DNA of 64,000 bases from NCBI GenBank assembly GCA_050273025.1, contig CP158635.1, positions 22,506,001-22,570,000 of the forward strand, in the 5' to 3' direction. This stretch comes from Cenococcum geophilum. Taxonomy: Eukaryota. Positions 27,088 to 40,554 of the stretch are shown in pieces; the stretch's first letter is position 1; every line of letters starts with the position of its first letter. A program made the position numbers and the translations under genes. The notes under the pieces are model-generated. The model was not told the DNA's origin and did not search any database. It saw only the letters and a list, made by a program, of their open reading frames with translations.

Positions 27088-28390
27088 TAGAGTCGCTATA
27101 TTACAAAAAGTTATTACTTTAGCGCGTATATAAGAGCTCCATATTAGTATAGAACAGTAGTCTTAGGTAAGCTCTATCGCTAGTCTTGGCATAGTATTAT
27201 AATTAATTGTTACTATTACCGTCGCCGTTACTAACGCCTTCCTACACCCCTTCCTAATTTTTAGCTATAATATTTATACCTAATATAAGCTCCTTCCTCC
27301 ATCCTACTATAAGCCCTATTCTTATCTATAACTTTAAGTACTTTATTTTCTTAATATTCCCTAGTTTAAGCCTTATTTATTACCAGGATATCGTCCGCTA
27401 AGCTCCTAAGAAAATACATTCTAGTTTAGCCAATATAGGGGGTATAGAGAGAATATTAATTGCTATATAGTAAAGGCATAGGTAGCTAGCGCAATTGCTT
27501 AAAGTAAGCTATTAATTAAGAGCAGTTATACCTAGAGGAAGGCTTATAGGGGAGGCGTTAATAAAGTAATCGAATTCGTTGTTAATTGCGTTAAGGACTA
27601 ATTGTTTCTTATTCCAAATATTATACGCGTTAGGTTCTTAAACGTGTTTAAAAGCTTTTTATATAGCTACCTCACCCTTACATATATCCTTATATTAAGT
27701 TACCCAAAGCTTTTAAGCTGTATTAATTACTAGCTTCCTTTAGGAGGCCTTCTAATTACAAGTAATATAGTTCTTCCGCCGGTAAGGTGCCAGTAGTAGA
27801 GCTGCGCCGTAGGTGGTAACTTTATCCGTCTTAAGGTAGTATTTATTAAAGGCGTGCTAGCTAGTACGTATGCAGTCGTAAAGCTTTAGATTCGTGGCAT
27901 ACTTTTTAAAAAATGTCTTAAAATATTTTACTATAAAGTCCATTATATATAAAACCTTATTAAGCGTTATATAATCACCTTCTATCTCCTTTATAATACG
28001 CTTAAAGGGCTATAGGAAGTCTTTAATATTTTCTAAAGCCTTCTAGTCGGTAGCGTTAAGAATATCTTCCTCATCAAACTCGTTAATATACTCTTCTTAA
28101 TATTTACTAATTGCCGCCCTTAATTCTAGAGCTACTAGTATTATCTTATACTACGAGTTTTAACGCGTCTTATTATCTATAGGGACTGCTTATAGGGCAA
28201 TAGCGATAAAGTGGTTATAGTGGGCGTTAAAGCTTTAAATATGCGTAATAACATTATATACCTTTCCTAGAGGGCCAATTGTTTAATAAGTATACTTACT
28301 AGCTTTCCCTTTCTTAAATCTTTAAGCCAGAAGTTCCTTAATTTGATCCTTATCAAGATCTAAGTTCTATTTAAGCTTTGCGCGAGCCTC
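27088..28390 (-). pseudogene. hAT transposase 3' half (RIPed)
   Basis: Minus strand: IGPLGKVHNVVTHIRS (~28230-28280), TRWNSW (~28151-28168), and hAT dimerization motif AINILSIPPMSAEPERVFSGARRTI (~27388-27465). Confidence 0.8.
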
Positions 28391-29140
28391 CTAGTAATGC
28401 CATCTAGGGGTTAGGTACGTAGTTTAGTTGCTTTAGTAGGTTAAAGCGGGCCAGATTATAAGAGGGAGCAGCAACCTACTGTCTGCACTAATGCACTCAA
28501 TAGCAGTTACTATTATCCGCTTAACGCCCGCGCCTCTATAGTCTTATAGAAGGACTTTAATAAAGCTAAGCATACTTAACACAACTCCCGTCTTATCTAT
28601 ATTATAGATATTTTCTAATAGAATAGCCAGATCCTATACAACTCTTCCGATTACTTCAAACTAGTGTGTAATCTTCACGTATATATTATTCTCGTGACGT
28701 TTCCAGTCTATCACCCTTACTCTCCTCGCTTTAAGTTTAGGATGGCGTTTCTTAAAGGCTTAAGGCCAGTTCTTATTTAGAGGCTTAATTAAATCGTCTA
28801 CTATAATGAGAAACCGCTAACAGGCAAGGCTAAAGGCTAGCGAAGGTATATACTTTATTCAGACAGGTTGCCCAAGATTAGATATTAGTAATAAAAATAA
28901 AATAAGAGCTTTCTCTTCTTTTAGGGTAAGGTATTGCTAGCCTTAGGCCTTTTCTTTTATGGACGGTCGTCTATATACGCGATAATAGACTGTAGTAAGA
29001 GCAACATCGCCCCTTTCTAATAGGGTAGCTTATATTCTAGGTACATCTAAAGGGAGACCTTGCGCTAGTATCTAACTGGCTTAGTCTATATTGGTAGTTA
29101 TAGTGGTAATGGGAGTGGTCGGCCAATAATAACTACCATA
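28391..29140 (-). pseudogene. pogo/Fot1-type (DDE_1) transposase 5' half (RIPed)
   Basis: Minus strand: QYLTxEEEKAL HTH region (~28905-28937), YNMDETGV (~28583-28606), PLIIWPASTHRSNWTTYPTPGWHY (~28394-28465). Confidence 0.8.
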
Positions 29141-31308
29141 CGCTTAAACTCTAAAAATAGCTAACCTACTTATAACCGTTTAAGAAAGGAAGCTTTTAGA
29201 AGAACGCGCTATAATTAACCTAATCTAATATAGTGTAAAATACAATCTAATTAGCTAATACACAACATTCTATTATATAAGTACGCTAAATCCTTATACT
29301 AAAATATAGAGCATACCTTAGTATAGAGAAACTTTAAAGTGCATACTTTTTAAGGGCTAAGCGTCTTAAAATCTTAGAACTGTTCTTCTCTCTTAATAGA
29401 AGTAATATATTAAGGCACCGAAATAAAATATTACGCTAAGAGTTATGGTAGAGTAGGGGTGTAATGTAACGGAACCTTGTAGCAAGTACTACGATAGGCT
29501 CGTTAATAAGCTAGGTGTGTAGGTAATGCAAATTAAGTTAATAACGTAATAATAACTAGTAGAGTAGTTGCCTAACAGATTAACTCTAATTATATTCTAA
29601 GAATCACTATAAGGAAGGAACTATCTAGGTAGGGACTATAGTCCTTTAAATACACGACTGTACTCCTATAAAATCCTTCTTGTATATAATATACGTGTTA
29701 TATATAAGGTACGTAAGTTTCTCTCGTTCCTCTCGTTTAATACGTAGTATGTTATATAACTCGCTTACTATTCTTCATTATATAGTTCTACTGGCTCCAT
29801 CCTAAACCGTACTTATATTAACTAACTAGCTTCTTCTAACTCTTCTCTAAGTAGTTATAATATCGTACTTAAAGCGTCCGTAATACTATTTCCCTCCTCT
29901 TTATTTTTATCCTTAAAGATTCCTAGTATCTCTAAGTTGTTTACTAAAGGTATAATATCCGTCTAATTAATTTAGTTAATATCGTTACTTATTATACCTA
30001 AAGCTTTTTCTTCTTTATACGCGCAACGTTGTGCCCGCACTATTGCTGCTATATTATCACTTAGTGAAATAATACTATCTCCGTATTCTCGTTATGCGAA
30101 AGAGGGATTAGTTTATATTATGTTAGCAAATCCTTTCTCCTAGTAACCCTCTTTATATTTAAAGTGTACTAAAGCAAACGTTTATTCCTTTTATAACGTT
30201 TGTTTTACTTCTAACGCTAAATATACGCGTTCTATAACTTTTAATAGTCTCTAAGTTTCCTAAGTAATTTATTATAGGGTCTTATGTTTAAACTATTACT
30301 GTAAAGCTAGATAGTAACCTAGCGTAGGCCCTTACTAAGCTTAAGTATTCTTAAGATGCAGAATAGAAGGCCCTAGATGCTTATATCGCGGCATTTACTT
30401 AGCTGCTTCGTCTTAAGAAAGTGCGTAAGAAGGTCCGTTTTAAGGAGTAGAAGCTAGTAAAATAAGGTCTATAGGAACTTAGTGACGAAAGAACTAATTC
30501 TCTTCCTATAGTAAAGGGAATAACTCTAAGTAGTTTAGTAGTCGCTCTTCCTAGGTCCCCCTTAGGTAACTTATTCTTTAGCGATCCTTTTTTATTAATA
30601 TTGCCTAACCTATTTTCTTCTAATACTCCTATACCTTTCCTATAACGTTTTTTAGATTTTCTAGTAGTTTTTAGGTAGTCTTATTATAGCCTATTTACTT
30701 AACCTTATACTATATTTTATTATTAACGTCCTTATAACTAACAATCTTTAAAACTTACTATTCGTCCTCTTTTTGCCCTCTATATATATCTGTCTTATAA
30801 ACTAATAACTTAATATTCCTATATGCTAGCTCTAGTATTATAATATGCTATATAGGGTAGATTTTTATCTTGGCTGGTAGGTTTAACTTAAATATAACTA
30901 GTAAAATCCTTTATATAATTTTAAAAGGTCCTAGTCTAATATAGTTTAACTTCTTACTTACATTAGCAAAATGTTCATGCCTCCTGACAGTACTGACAGC
31001 TCCTAACAGCTCCTAACAGGGCTGTCAGGAGCCCCAGAAGACACTCACACTCGGTATCCTGTCAGGAGCCTATCAGGAGCGCACCCGGACCACACGGACC
31101 ACACGGACCACACGGACCACCAGGACCTCCAGGATCTCCAGGACCATCAGGACCATCAGTACAATTAGGACAATTAGGATAATAATTAGGAAATTTAAAA
31201 ATAAAGTGTATTAATGCTCTAGTATTCACAGCCAGCCAATAAATATGAAAATTAGTTTAATTTTAAGCCCTATGCTATATACAGGATGCATAATCCAAAT
31301 TGATCCTT

Positions 31309-31930
31309 CCTGCCTACTGCCTGTATCTGTCTGTCATAGGAGCTCTGCGTCGTTCTAGGGGGACGATCGTTGAGCGATCGATCGAGGGGGAAGCCTTCGC
31401 AGAGGCTCCAAATCGTCGATTGGCGGTGTTCTCGATAATCCCCCGGCCGTGTACTGATTTCCTAACTAGGCCTAGGGCCTACCTGCCTGCCTACCTGCCT
31501 GCTTACCTGCCTGCTTACCTACCTGCTTGCCTACCTGCCTGCCTGTGTTAGTGTCTGATTTAATTCGGGGAGGGGTCGGCCTGATCGAGGGCTCTACTCG
31601 ATTCGAATCGTTCTCTACGGCCGTTCGCTGGCTGCCCTTCCTGCCTACTACCTATGTCTGTTATAGGAGCTCTGCGTCGTTCTAGGGGGACAATCGCTCA
31701 AGTGTTGAGCGATCAATTGAGGGGGAAGCCTTCGCAGAGGCTCCAAATCGTCGATTGGCGGTATTCCCGATAATCCGCTGGCCGTGTACTGATTTCCTAA
31801 CTAGGCCTAGGGCCTGCCTACCTGCCTTCCTGTCTGTCTGTCCGTCTGTCTGTCTACCTGCCTGCCTATGTATTAGTGTCAGATTTAATTCGGGGGGGGG
31901 GGGGGGGGGGGTCGGCCTAGTCGAAGGCTC
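31309..31930 (+). repeat. ~330-bp internal direct duplication within element II, with CCTG/CCTA microsatellites and a poly-G run
   Basis: cctgcctact...ataggagctctgcgtcgttctaggggga...gaagccttcgcagaggctccaaatcgtcgattggcgg occurs at ~31309 and ~31640. Confidence 0.85.
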
Positions 31931-32316
31931 TAGCTGTACATTCGAACGGTGGTTGTCTGGGGTGCCTCCCTAGGAGGCCTTAATTCGATTCGGTGACGGG
32001 CCAATATCAAAGCTCTGGTTCAATTCGATCGATCGATTGATTGAATCGTTCGTAGTGTTCGCTGGCTAGTTGTTCGAACGGTCGTCTGGTCCTGGTAACG
32101 GTCGTCTAGTTCTACGACGGTCGTCTGGTTCTGGCGACGGTCGTCTGGTTCTGGCGACGGTCCTCTGCTAGCTCCCGTTCTGGTACCTCCCTAGGTAGGG
32201 AGGATGTAAGGAAGGAATGGTAAAAAAAATAAGGTAGCTACATAGGGGACATACTTGGCAGAGGCACGTGTAGACGCTATCGGGAATATAGCGGGGACCC
32301 GATAGTAATATGTGTC

Positions 32317-32546
32317 GCTTCGTGTAGAGCCTCCGTACGCAGAGCTTCGCGCAGAGCCTCGTGCAGAGCCTCTATGCGTAGAGCTTCGTGTAGAGCTTCG
32401 TGTAGAACTTCGTGTAGAGCTTCGTGTAGAGCTTCGTGCAGAGCTTCGTGCAGAGCTTCGTGCAAAGCTTCGTGCACAGAGCTTCGTGCAAAGCTTCGTG
32501 CAGAGCTTCGTGCAAAGCTTCGTGCAGAGCTTCGTGCAGAGCTTCG
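32317..32546 (+). repeat. 12-bp minisatellite (GCAGAGCTTCGT)n
   Basis: Same unit as 9211-9670. Confidence 0.95.
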
Positions 32547-35500
32547 TGGGGGGCGTTCCTGTCAGGAACGCATCAGGATAATAGTCCTGTTAGGAACGCA
32601 TTAGGATAATAGAGTCCTGTCAGGAACGCATTAGGATAATAGGGTCTTGTCAGGAACGCATTAGGAACGCATCAGGAACGCATCATGATGGTAGGGTCCT
32701 GTCAGGAGCCTGTCAGGACGATCAGGAAAATTAAAATCCTGTCAGGATCGCATCAGGATAGTAGGTTCCTGTCAGGAGCCTGTCAGGACGATCAGGAAAA
32801 TTAAAATCCTGCTAGGAGCCTCCAGGAGCCTGTCAGGACGATCAGGACGATCAGGAAAATCAAAATCCTGTCAGGAGGCCTCCAGGATCTTGGCACCCCA
32901 ACAAAATGCTGATGTAGTTATTAACTCTTAAAGTTTTTATATAGTAGCTATACTTTATCTCCCTCCTTAAGATCTGGTCCCTTAGATCTCTTAACGTCGT
33001 AGTATTTTTTTATTCTTTGTTATACTACCTTAACTGTTTTTATAAGGTTCTTATAAAGATTTATTAATGTCTCCATTCTTTGCTTAGCTATACTACTTAT
33101 TTTCTTTACTTAACGTAGTAATAATAATGTTCTCGGTTCGTACCTATAATTCGCCTTAAATAGTAATATACCCATTCCTTCCTATAGTGTTGTATTATAT
33201 ACAAACTATATAACTAGTAATAACGATACCTAATTGTTCTATACGTAATTAATATAGTGCCTTAGATACTGCTCTAGTGTCTAATTTAATTTTTCCGTTT
33301 AACTATCCGTCTGCGGATAATATATAGTGGAAGTTACTGCTCTAACTCCTTATTCCACTAAGAATACCTCCTAAAATGCTGCTATAAATCTTAAATCTCT
33401 ATCTAATATAATCTTGCTTAGTGCTCTATGTCTTATAAATACTTCTTTAATATAGATTCTAGCAATATCTTCTACTAATATCTCTTCTGTATACGCTATA
33501 AAGTATCCCTACTTTGTAAGCTTATCTACTATTACTAAGATCGCGTTATAATCTTATCCAGTAATAGGATCTCTTAATTTTAGTAGCTTAATAATAAAGT
33601 CCCATAATATAACCTCCTATAGTCTTTCCGGTATTTTAATAGGTTATAGCCCTCTATATAGCTTATGCCTTATTAGTTTATTTCTTTAGCAATCTAGATA
33701 TTCTCTTATAACCCTTCTGGCTAGGTTTTAGATTCTATTAATAATATACTCCTCCTAGAGTTTCGACACTAAGCCTATAGCTCCGTTGTGTCCTTAAGTT
33801 AGTCCTTTATAGAAATCTTCTATAAACTACTCTACTATGCTTTTTAGGATATACTTTACTTCTTAGTTTTTGTATATATCTATCTATAGATCTTCTAGCT
33901 ATGCTTTTAGAATCCTTTATACCTAAAAGCTTTCCAGTATCTCGTAGATTCTTTCTATCTCATTTTTCTAAGTTACTGCGATTTTCGGATAATTGTATCT
34001 AATTAGTTTATCTATATCTTTTCGTAGTAAAGCCCCTAATAGCTTTTTGTTATTTTGCAGTTTAGCCTTTTAACTTAACGCATCGGCTCGCGTATTATCT
34101 GTACCCTTAGTATACTAAATCTTGAAATAGTATTTTGTAAGCATCTCCGCCTATCTAACCTATCTTTAGTTAAGTTCCTTTATCGTTAGGAATCCTATTA
34201 GGTTTTTATAATCCGTCTTAACTATAAATAGTTTCTCTATGCCTTATAAGAATGCTCTCTATTCTTTTAGTGCTATAACTATACCTAATAACTCCTTATT
34301 ATAGATGTCGTAGTTTAGTTCTAGTAGTGTTATCTTCCAACTATAGTATGCTACTAGGTGCTATCTATCTAGATACTTCTGTATAAAGCATACCCCTAGT
34401 ATAAAGTCTAATACGTCCGTTTCTATAACTGTCTCTAGACCTAGTTAATAGATCTTAAGAACTGGCTCCTAGGTAAATAACCTCTTGACTTCCTTAAATA
34501 GTTCTTATTATTCCTTTCCCTATACCTATAGTTCTTCTTTTTTTATTAACCGCGTAAATGGTTTAATGTTCTTTAACCATTACGCTATAAACCTTCTGCA
34601 GTAATTGCAAAACCCTAGAAATAATCTTAACTGCGTAATGTTCTCTAGTTCTTGCCAATTCACTATAGCCTTAATCTTCTTTAGATCTATGCTAAGTTGG
34701 CCTAGTTTAATAATAAATCCTATAAAATCGGTTTTCCTGGTAAAGAACTCGCATTTTTTAATTACTACTAGCATCTATTCCTCTTATAGTCTCCTTAAAC
34801 CCTATTTAACGTATTCTTTGTGTTCTTCCTTAGTCATTAAGTAGATAATAATATCGTTAAGATATACTATAACAAATTCATCTAAGTGTTCTTCTAATAC
34901 ATTATTAATTCGCTTTTAGAACGTTGCTAGTGCGTTTATAAGCCCGAATTATATAACTAATAGTTTATATAGTCCTTTCTTTGACCTAAAGGCTGCCTTC
35001 TATTTATTGCCTTCCTTAATTTTAATCTAATGGTATACCTATCTTAGATCTATCTTTATAAAGATTTATACATTGCCTATCCTATCTTAGATTTCGCTAA
35101 TTAAGGGTAAAGGATACCTATCCTTCCTAGTAATGCTGTTTAACTATCTATAGTTAATACACAGCCTTAGTTTACCATTTTTCTTTAGTATAAACAGTAC
35201 TGGATAACCCACTAATGACTACGATAGTCTAATATATCCCTTTTATAAGTTCTCTTAGATAAACTCTTTTAGTACTCTACCTTCTTCTTTAGTAAGCTTG
35301 TAGATTAAAAAGAACCTTAGACTTATTCCTGGTTCTAATTCTATTTTATAATCCTATACCGTATACTTTAATAGCTTTTCACTTTTTAGTGACCACAGCT
35401 TCTTACCGTACTTGTGGTATCTCTTTAGTATATAGCTTAGCCTTTTTCTATTTCTTTATAGGTTACCCCTACTTAGTACTATACTATCTTAGCTTATTAT

Positions 35501-38500
35501 TATATCTTGCGTTATTAAGTATCCTTAATATCGACTTAACCTATAACCCAATTAATCTTTAGATTGTATTCCTATAACTAAGGCATTTCTAATACTGCCT
35601 TATTATTCCCTAATGGTAATATATTAAAAGACATCTTAACTTATCTTCCTTTAATGGTTAACTAAATAGGTCCTATTTTAAGATTGATAATACCTCCTCT
35701 ATAGGCTATTAGATCTTCTAAAATTGTCACTAATAGGTAAAGATGTTCTTTCTTCCTATATAGTAACCCCATTCTTTTAACTGCTGCTAGCGAGATATAG
35801 TTCCTTATTGCTCCACTATCTATTAGTGCCTTAAACTGCTAATCTTACCATTTAATTTGTAAATTTAGGTGTTGTCCTTAAATTCCTTTAAGGGTCTAAG
35901 GCTCTACTACTAGCTCCCTCTGGTTCTATAGGCCTCTACTTTTCCCAACTATTGGCTGCTAAATTCTACCTGTACTTGGTCCAACTTAGGCTAATACTTA
36001 GTTCGCTTTTTATCTTTAATATGCTATAGATAGGTATTCTCTAGATATTCCTACTATTATTATCTATTTAGGTATTCTTCCGTAAGAAATCTTCCTAGTT
36101 AAAGTATTAAGTCCCCTTATTCTTAAACTTTTACTAGGTGCCAACTATATATATACTTAGCGTTTTAATATTTCGCCTTATCTGTTAACTAATGCATCTT
36201 TACTAGATATTTCCAATTCTTATCCTTAGGTGCTCTATGTATATTATATATATTATCCATATATATAATTTATGGTAACGTATAATATGCTTAGTGTCTT
36301 AGGTTAACCCTTAGCTCGTCTTCGTCCTTAAGTTTAAACCTCTCTTGTGTTAATCTAAGCGTTGCGACTTTATTTACAGGTACTAAGATTCGTCTTTTAC
36401 TTCTTTAGTCCTCTAATTGCTCCTTTAGATCCTTTAATATTATAATTAAGGCTCCTTTAATGTAATTTATAGCCTTTTCTATAATTGGGTGGTCTTAGAT
36501 AACTTTTTCGTCCAACTATATATAGAAATCTTCCTACTTATCGTTGTGTTGTTATCTATACCACTTTTAGTACAACCCCTTAAGTGTATACGGTTTATCC
36601 GTAAGGAAGTATCTTCTTATTACTGTATTGTAATAGCCTTTTATATATCGTTCTTCGAATCTAGTTAGAATCCCTAAATTCTCTTCTTATTCTAGTTTGG
36701 TAAGCCACTTAGCTCTTAATATACCTACTCTAGGCCTATTAGTAATCTTTTGTATAGGTGCTCTATCCCTTATACGTCTTAATATACTAGATCTCTTATT
36801 TAGTTTCTGTTCTTGCTATAAGGTAATTCTTACTCTAAATTCCTCTATAGTTTCTTTCTTTTCGCGTCTTATAAGTAGATCCTTAAAGTCTTCTTACTTC
36901 TTAATTTTTATATTAACTTTTCAATCTTTAGGCTAAATACTACGTTTACCTAGTAAGTCTTCTAGGTTTATATACTTGTCTCCTAGTCTAACTACTATTT
37001 ATATTACAGATTCTCTAATTTATAGAGAAGCTCCTTACTTCTTACCTATAGGTTCCCTTATTTGTACTTTAAATCTTTAGTCCCTTAGATTCTTTAATCC
37101 TAAGCTTACTAACTTAAGTTTAGCTCCTACCTTAGTCCAACTAGGCTTAGGTGTTCTTATCTTATCTTAAGAGTCTTATGCCGTTAGGAACTCTTATCCC
37201 GAGCTTATTTATATGTTTTTAAACTAAGCTACTACCCTACTCTATCGGTTTTTATCCGTTGTGGGTCCTTAGGTATGCCTTATCTCGTCTTAAGAATCTT
37301 AGTTATCTCTTATCTTATCTTAAGAATCTTAAGCCTTTAGCCTTTTGCCTTTATTAAGTAATAAATTAGCATTAGCAGTCGTCTGCTTACTTAATCTCTA
37401 TAAGATACTCTTCCTTCTATCTTATAAAGCAATGGATGCCGTATCCAACGGTGTTATAATTCCCGTTACTAAACCTTGCTCTGTGGCGGTCTTAGTCTCT
37501 ACTTCTAATATAACTTCTCTAAGGTTTATACGCTCTTAGTAAGCTGCCCTTATTACCTTATTATCTATAAATATTTCACCTATATTAAACTCATCGTCTT
37601 TAATATCCAATCTGCGTAATAGTTTGTTAATCCCTTTATATTCTATAGGGTTTAGCTCCTATAGCTAATAGCTTATACTATACTTAGCGTCTTTATAAAT
37701 TCGGTATGCGTTATTATAGTAAAACGCGAAACTTTTAATTAAATACTCTTTTGTTTTTTGTAGCACACTATTATCCTTTTATATACATATATCTTCTACT
37801 ACTAGTCTAGTTCCCTTTATTACATAGTAACTCCGACTATCTTTATAATCCCTCGCAAAATAACCTTATTTCCCGCAATTTATATAAGCTTTGTCTCTAA
37901 ACTATTAACTTTGCTATAGAGTCCGCCTAAACGTCTTCTGCTGCTAAGATCCCTAATTTAGCCTCTGCTCCTTAGTCCTATAATTACTAGATCCTTAACC
38001 TTTAGGTTTTTATAGTTTTTTATTCCATCTTTTATAGGTTTCTTTAGTACTACTTAGGTCTATTAGCTCTGCGCTATACCATAGTTTCTAACTTAGCTTT
38101 AGTCGTTGCATACTTTACGTCTTATATAACTATAAAACTCTATTCTAGCCTCGCTTGGCCTATTCCCTTTAGTAGATCCTATTATTGATCTTTATCGCTT
38201 AATTTATTAAATCCCTTAGGGTATCCGCATCTTCTATTAGGATAATTACATCCTAGACTTTAGCCTTAAGTCCTTATTTATACTATACTATAAGCACCTT
38301 ATTATTCTACTTAACTTATATAGCTAGCGTTTGGAACTGTGTTATATACTTAATTACTAAGGTTCGTTACATAATGTCTTAAAGTTTTCTTTCCGCTATA
38401 GTTACTACCTCCAGATCTCCGAATATTTATATAAGTCGCTCCACAAATCCTTCCTAACTTAAGAATATAAACCGCACCTCTTAGTTAGTAGTCGTTATTC

Positions 38501-39487
38501 CATTTGCCTATATTTCCGTAAGGTAGGGCTTAAACTACTTAAGCGCCCTTCCTAATAGGAATAGCCCTGTATATACTATTCGATCTATAGGTATTAGTAG
38601 CTTTGCTCCTTCTTATATTACCTTAAAGTATATTTATATAAGAAATCCCTTAAGCTTTAATCTCTCTCCTAAGAATCTCTTAATTAAAGGTAATTTAATC
38701 TTTACTGCCCCTATCCCGTTAATTCTTTATTTAAGTATCGCATTATTTTCTATTAACTGGTTAACTATCTCTTATAGTTATCCGACCGTTATAGGTTGTT
38801 ATAAGTCAGTATCTGCTATACTGGTGTCACCTCCTAACCTTAAAGTAGTTGCCGCCGTTAATAGCGTTATGGTAGCTGCTTTTAGTGGTATATTATTTAA
38901 CTTTTCGTATTTAATACTATAACTAGGTAATAATTGTGTAACGGAACCTTATAGTAAGTACTACAATAGGCTCGTTAATAGGCTAGGTGTGTAGGTAATG
39001 CAAATTAAGTTAACAACGTAATAATAACTAGTGGAGTAGTTGCCTAATAGATTAACTCTAATTATATTCTAAGAATTATTATAAGGAAGGAACTATCTAG
39101 GTAGGGACTATAGTCCTTTAAATACACGACCGTACTTCTATAAAATCCTTCTTATACGTAAGGTATATAAGTTCCTCTTATTCCTCTCGTTTAATACGTA
39201 GTATATTATATAACTCGCTTACCATTCTTCGTTATATAGTTCTACCGGCTCCATCCTAAACCGTGCTTATATTAACCAACTAGCTTCTTCTAACTCTTCT
39301 CCAAGTAGTCGTAATATTGTACTTAAAGCGTCTGTAATATGTAAAGTAAATGCAGTTCTAGACGCTCTAAAAGAAATAATTAATAGCACGATTAAGAGCC
39401 CTGTATTTTTATAGCTATATAATAGCTTTTTAAAGAGAAATGTCTAAAGAATAGAACTATATTAGTTATAACTTAATTAAAGTATAG

Positions 39488-39896
39488 TGTTAGCGACTTA
39501 GTTAATTAAGGCACAAGCACGGTATAAGGGACGCGTAATATTACGGCACTAGCAGAACTTAGCAAAATTTTACGGTTATGTAACTAGAGAACCGTATAAA
39601 AGAACCCTACTTCGACCAGCGCTACTCTTCTTCTCCTTTCCTTTCTTTAGCTTTAAATTCTTATTTATAAACAATCCAATTATATAGGCTTACGCGTCCC
39701 TCTTACTATACTCGTGCTTTAATTAACTAAGTCGCTAACACATAAGCCTATACGATTGGATTGTCTATAAACGAGAATCTAAAGCTAGGGAAAGGTAAGG
39801 AGAAAAAGAGCAGCGCCGGTCGAAGTAGGGTTCTTTTATATAATCCTCTAGTTACGTAACTATGAAGTTCTACTAAGTTCTGCTAGTGCTGTAACA
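39488..39896. mobile_element. Solo LTR (202 bp) containing an inverted solo LTR of the same family at 39539-39740
   Basis: Outer tgttagcgac...gtaaca with TSD tatag; inner tattacggcac...gtcgctaaca with TSD cgtaa/cataa; both homologous to 58082-58300. Confidence 0.9.
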
Positions 39897-39973
39897 TATA
39901 GGGTAGAGAATTAAGATACCTAAACAATAGATTTATTCCGGTATAGGTAGTTTTCCGGTACGCATAGAGGAAC

Positions 39974-40176
39974 TATAACGGCTTGTATAAATGCCTCTAA
40001 ACTAAAGCTTATAGATTACTATCTTATAAAAATACTAAGCTAAGGAGAAGAAGAAGAGATATATATAGGAGGTAGAGTAAATAGATATCCTATAAGGGCC
40101 GCTAAGGCGCTAATAATAAGCGAGCCAATAATAGGTTAGTAGAATTTAGTAGGGGACGCGCCCCAGCACCGTTATA
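39974..40176. mobile_element. Probable solo LTR
   Basis: tataacgg...ccgttata termini (RIPed TG...CA); flanks ggaac/gggac. Confidence 0.65.
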
Positions 40177-40316
40177 GGGACGTTACCTTAATATTTATAA
40201 AATTAATGTCTTTTTTTACCTCTACTATATTATAAAAGCTTTAAAAAAAATATATATATATATTTATAAGGGAAAAAAATATTTAATATATATCATTTGT
40301 TATAAATAAATTTATT

Positions 40317-40554
40317 TATTACGGCGCTAGTAGAAACTGGTAAATTATAGCTAATAGATATTAGTAGATTATAGTAAATAGTTGTAGACAGTTTTATACA
40401 GTTTTAAATAGTTCTAAATAGTTACCGTTATATAACTAGATAATTATATATAACGTTAAGCGGCGCTATCCTCTATCTCCTTTTCTTTCTTTAGCTTTAG
40501 ATCCTTATTTATAGACTACCAATTATATAGGTTTGCGCGTCCCTCTCGCTAACA
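40317..40554. mobile_element. Probable solo LTR related to the 39488/58082 family
   Basis: tattacggcgctag...cgctaaca; shares ccaattatataggtttgcgcgtccctct with 39676-39702; flanks ttatt/atatt. Confidence 0.7.

Larger units (their letters stand above)
30961..32914. mobile_element. Non-autonomous TA-flanked TIR element (element II) inserted in the Gypsy B integrase; repeat-rich and non-coding
   Basis: TA|cattagcaaaatgtt ... aacaaaatgctgatg|TA (imperfect TIR). Removing it with one TA restores the host frame KNFKSxxPSKKLDYIRLG. Many subterminal cctgacag/ctgtcagg motifs. Confidence 0.85.
29465..39339 (-). mobile_element. Ty3/Gypsy chromovirus LTR retrotransposon B (RIPed)
   Basis: LTRs at 29465-29885 and 38937-39339; TSD tgtaa; PPT (reverse complement) at ~29886-29902; gag knuckle CxNCGKxGHFARDC ~37850-37890; PR motif ALIDSGA ~35810-35830; RT motif VYLDDIIIY ~34842-34868; chromodomain ~30655-30770. 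Confidence 0.95.

Noticed and set aside
32277..32604. HEAL / RAEL / SCRA ORFs
   Set aside because: Same minisatellite artefact.
32558..32890. CRISPR-like regularly spaced repeats
   Set aside because: No unique spacers, no cas genes, eukaryotic context; these are subterminal transposon repeats.
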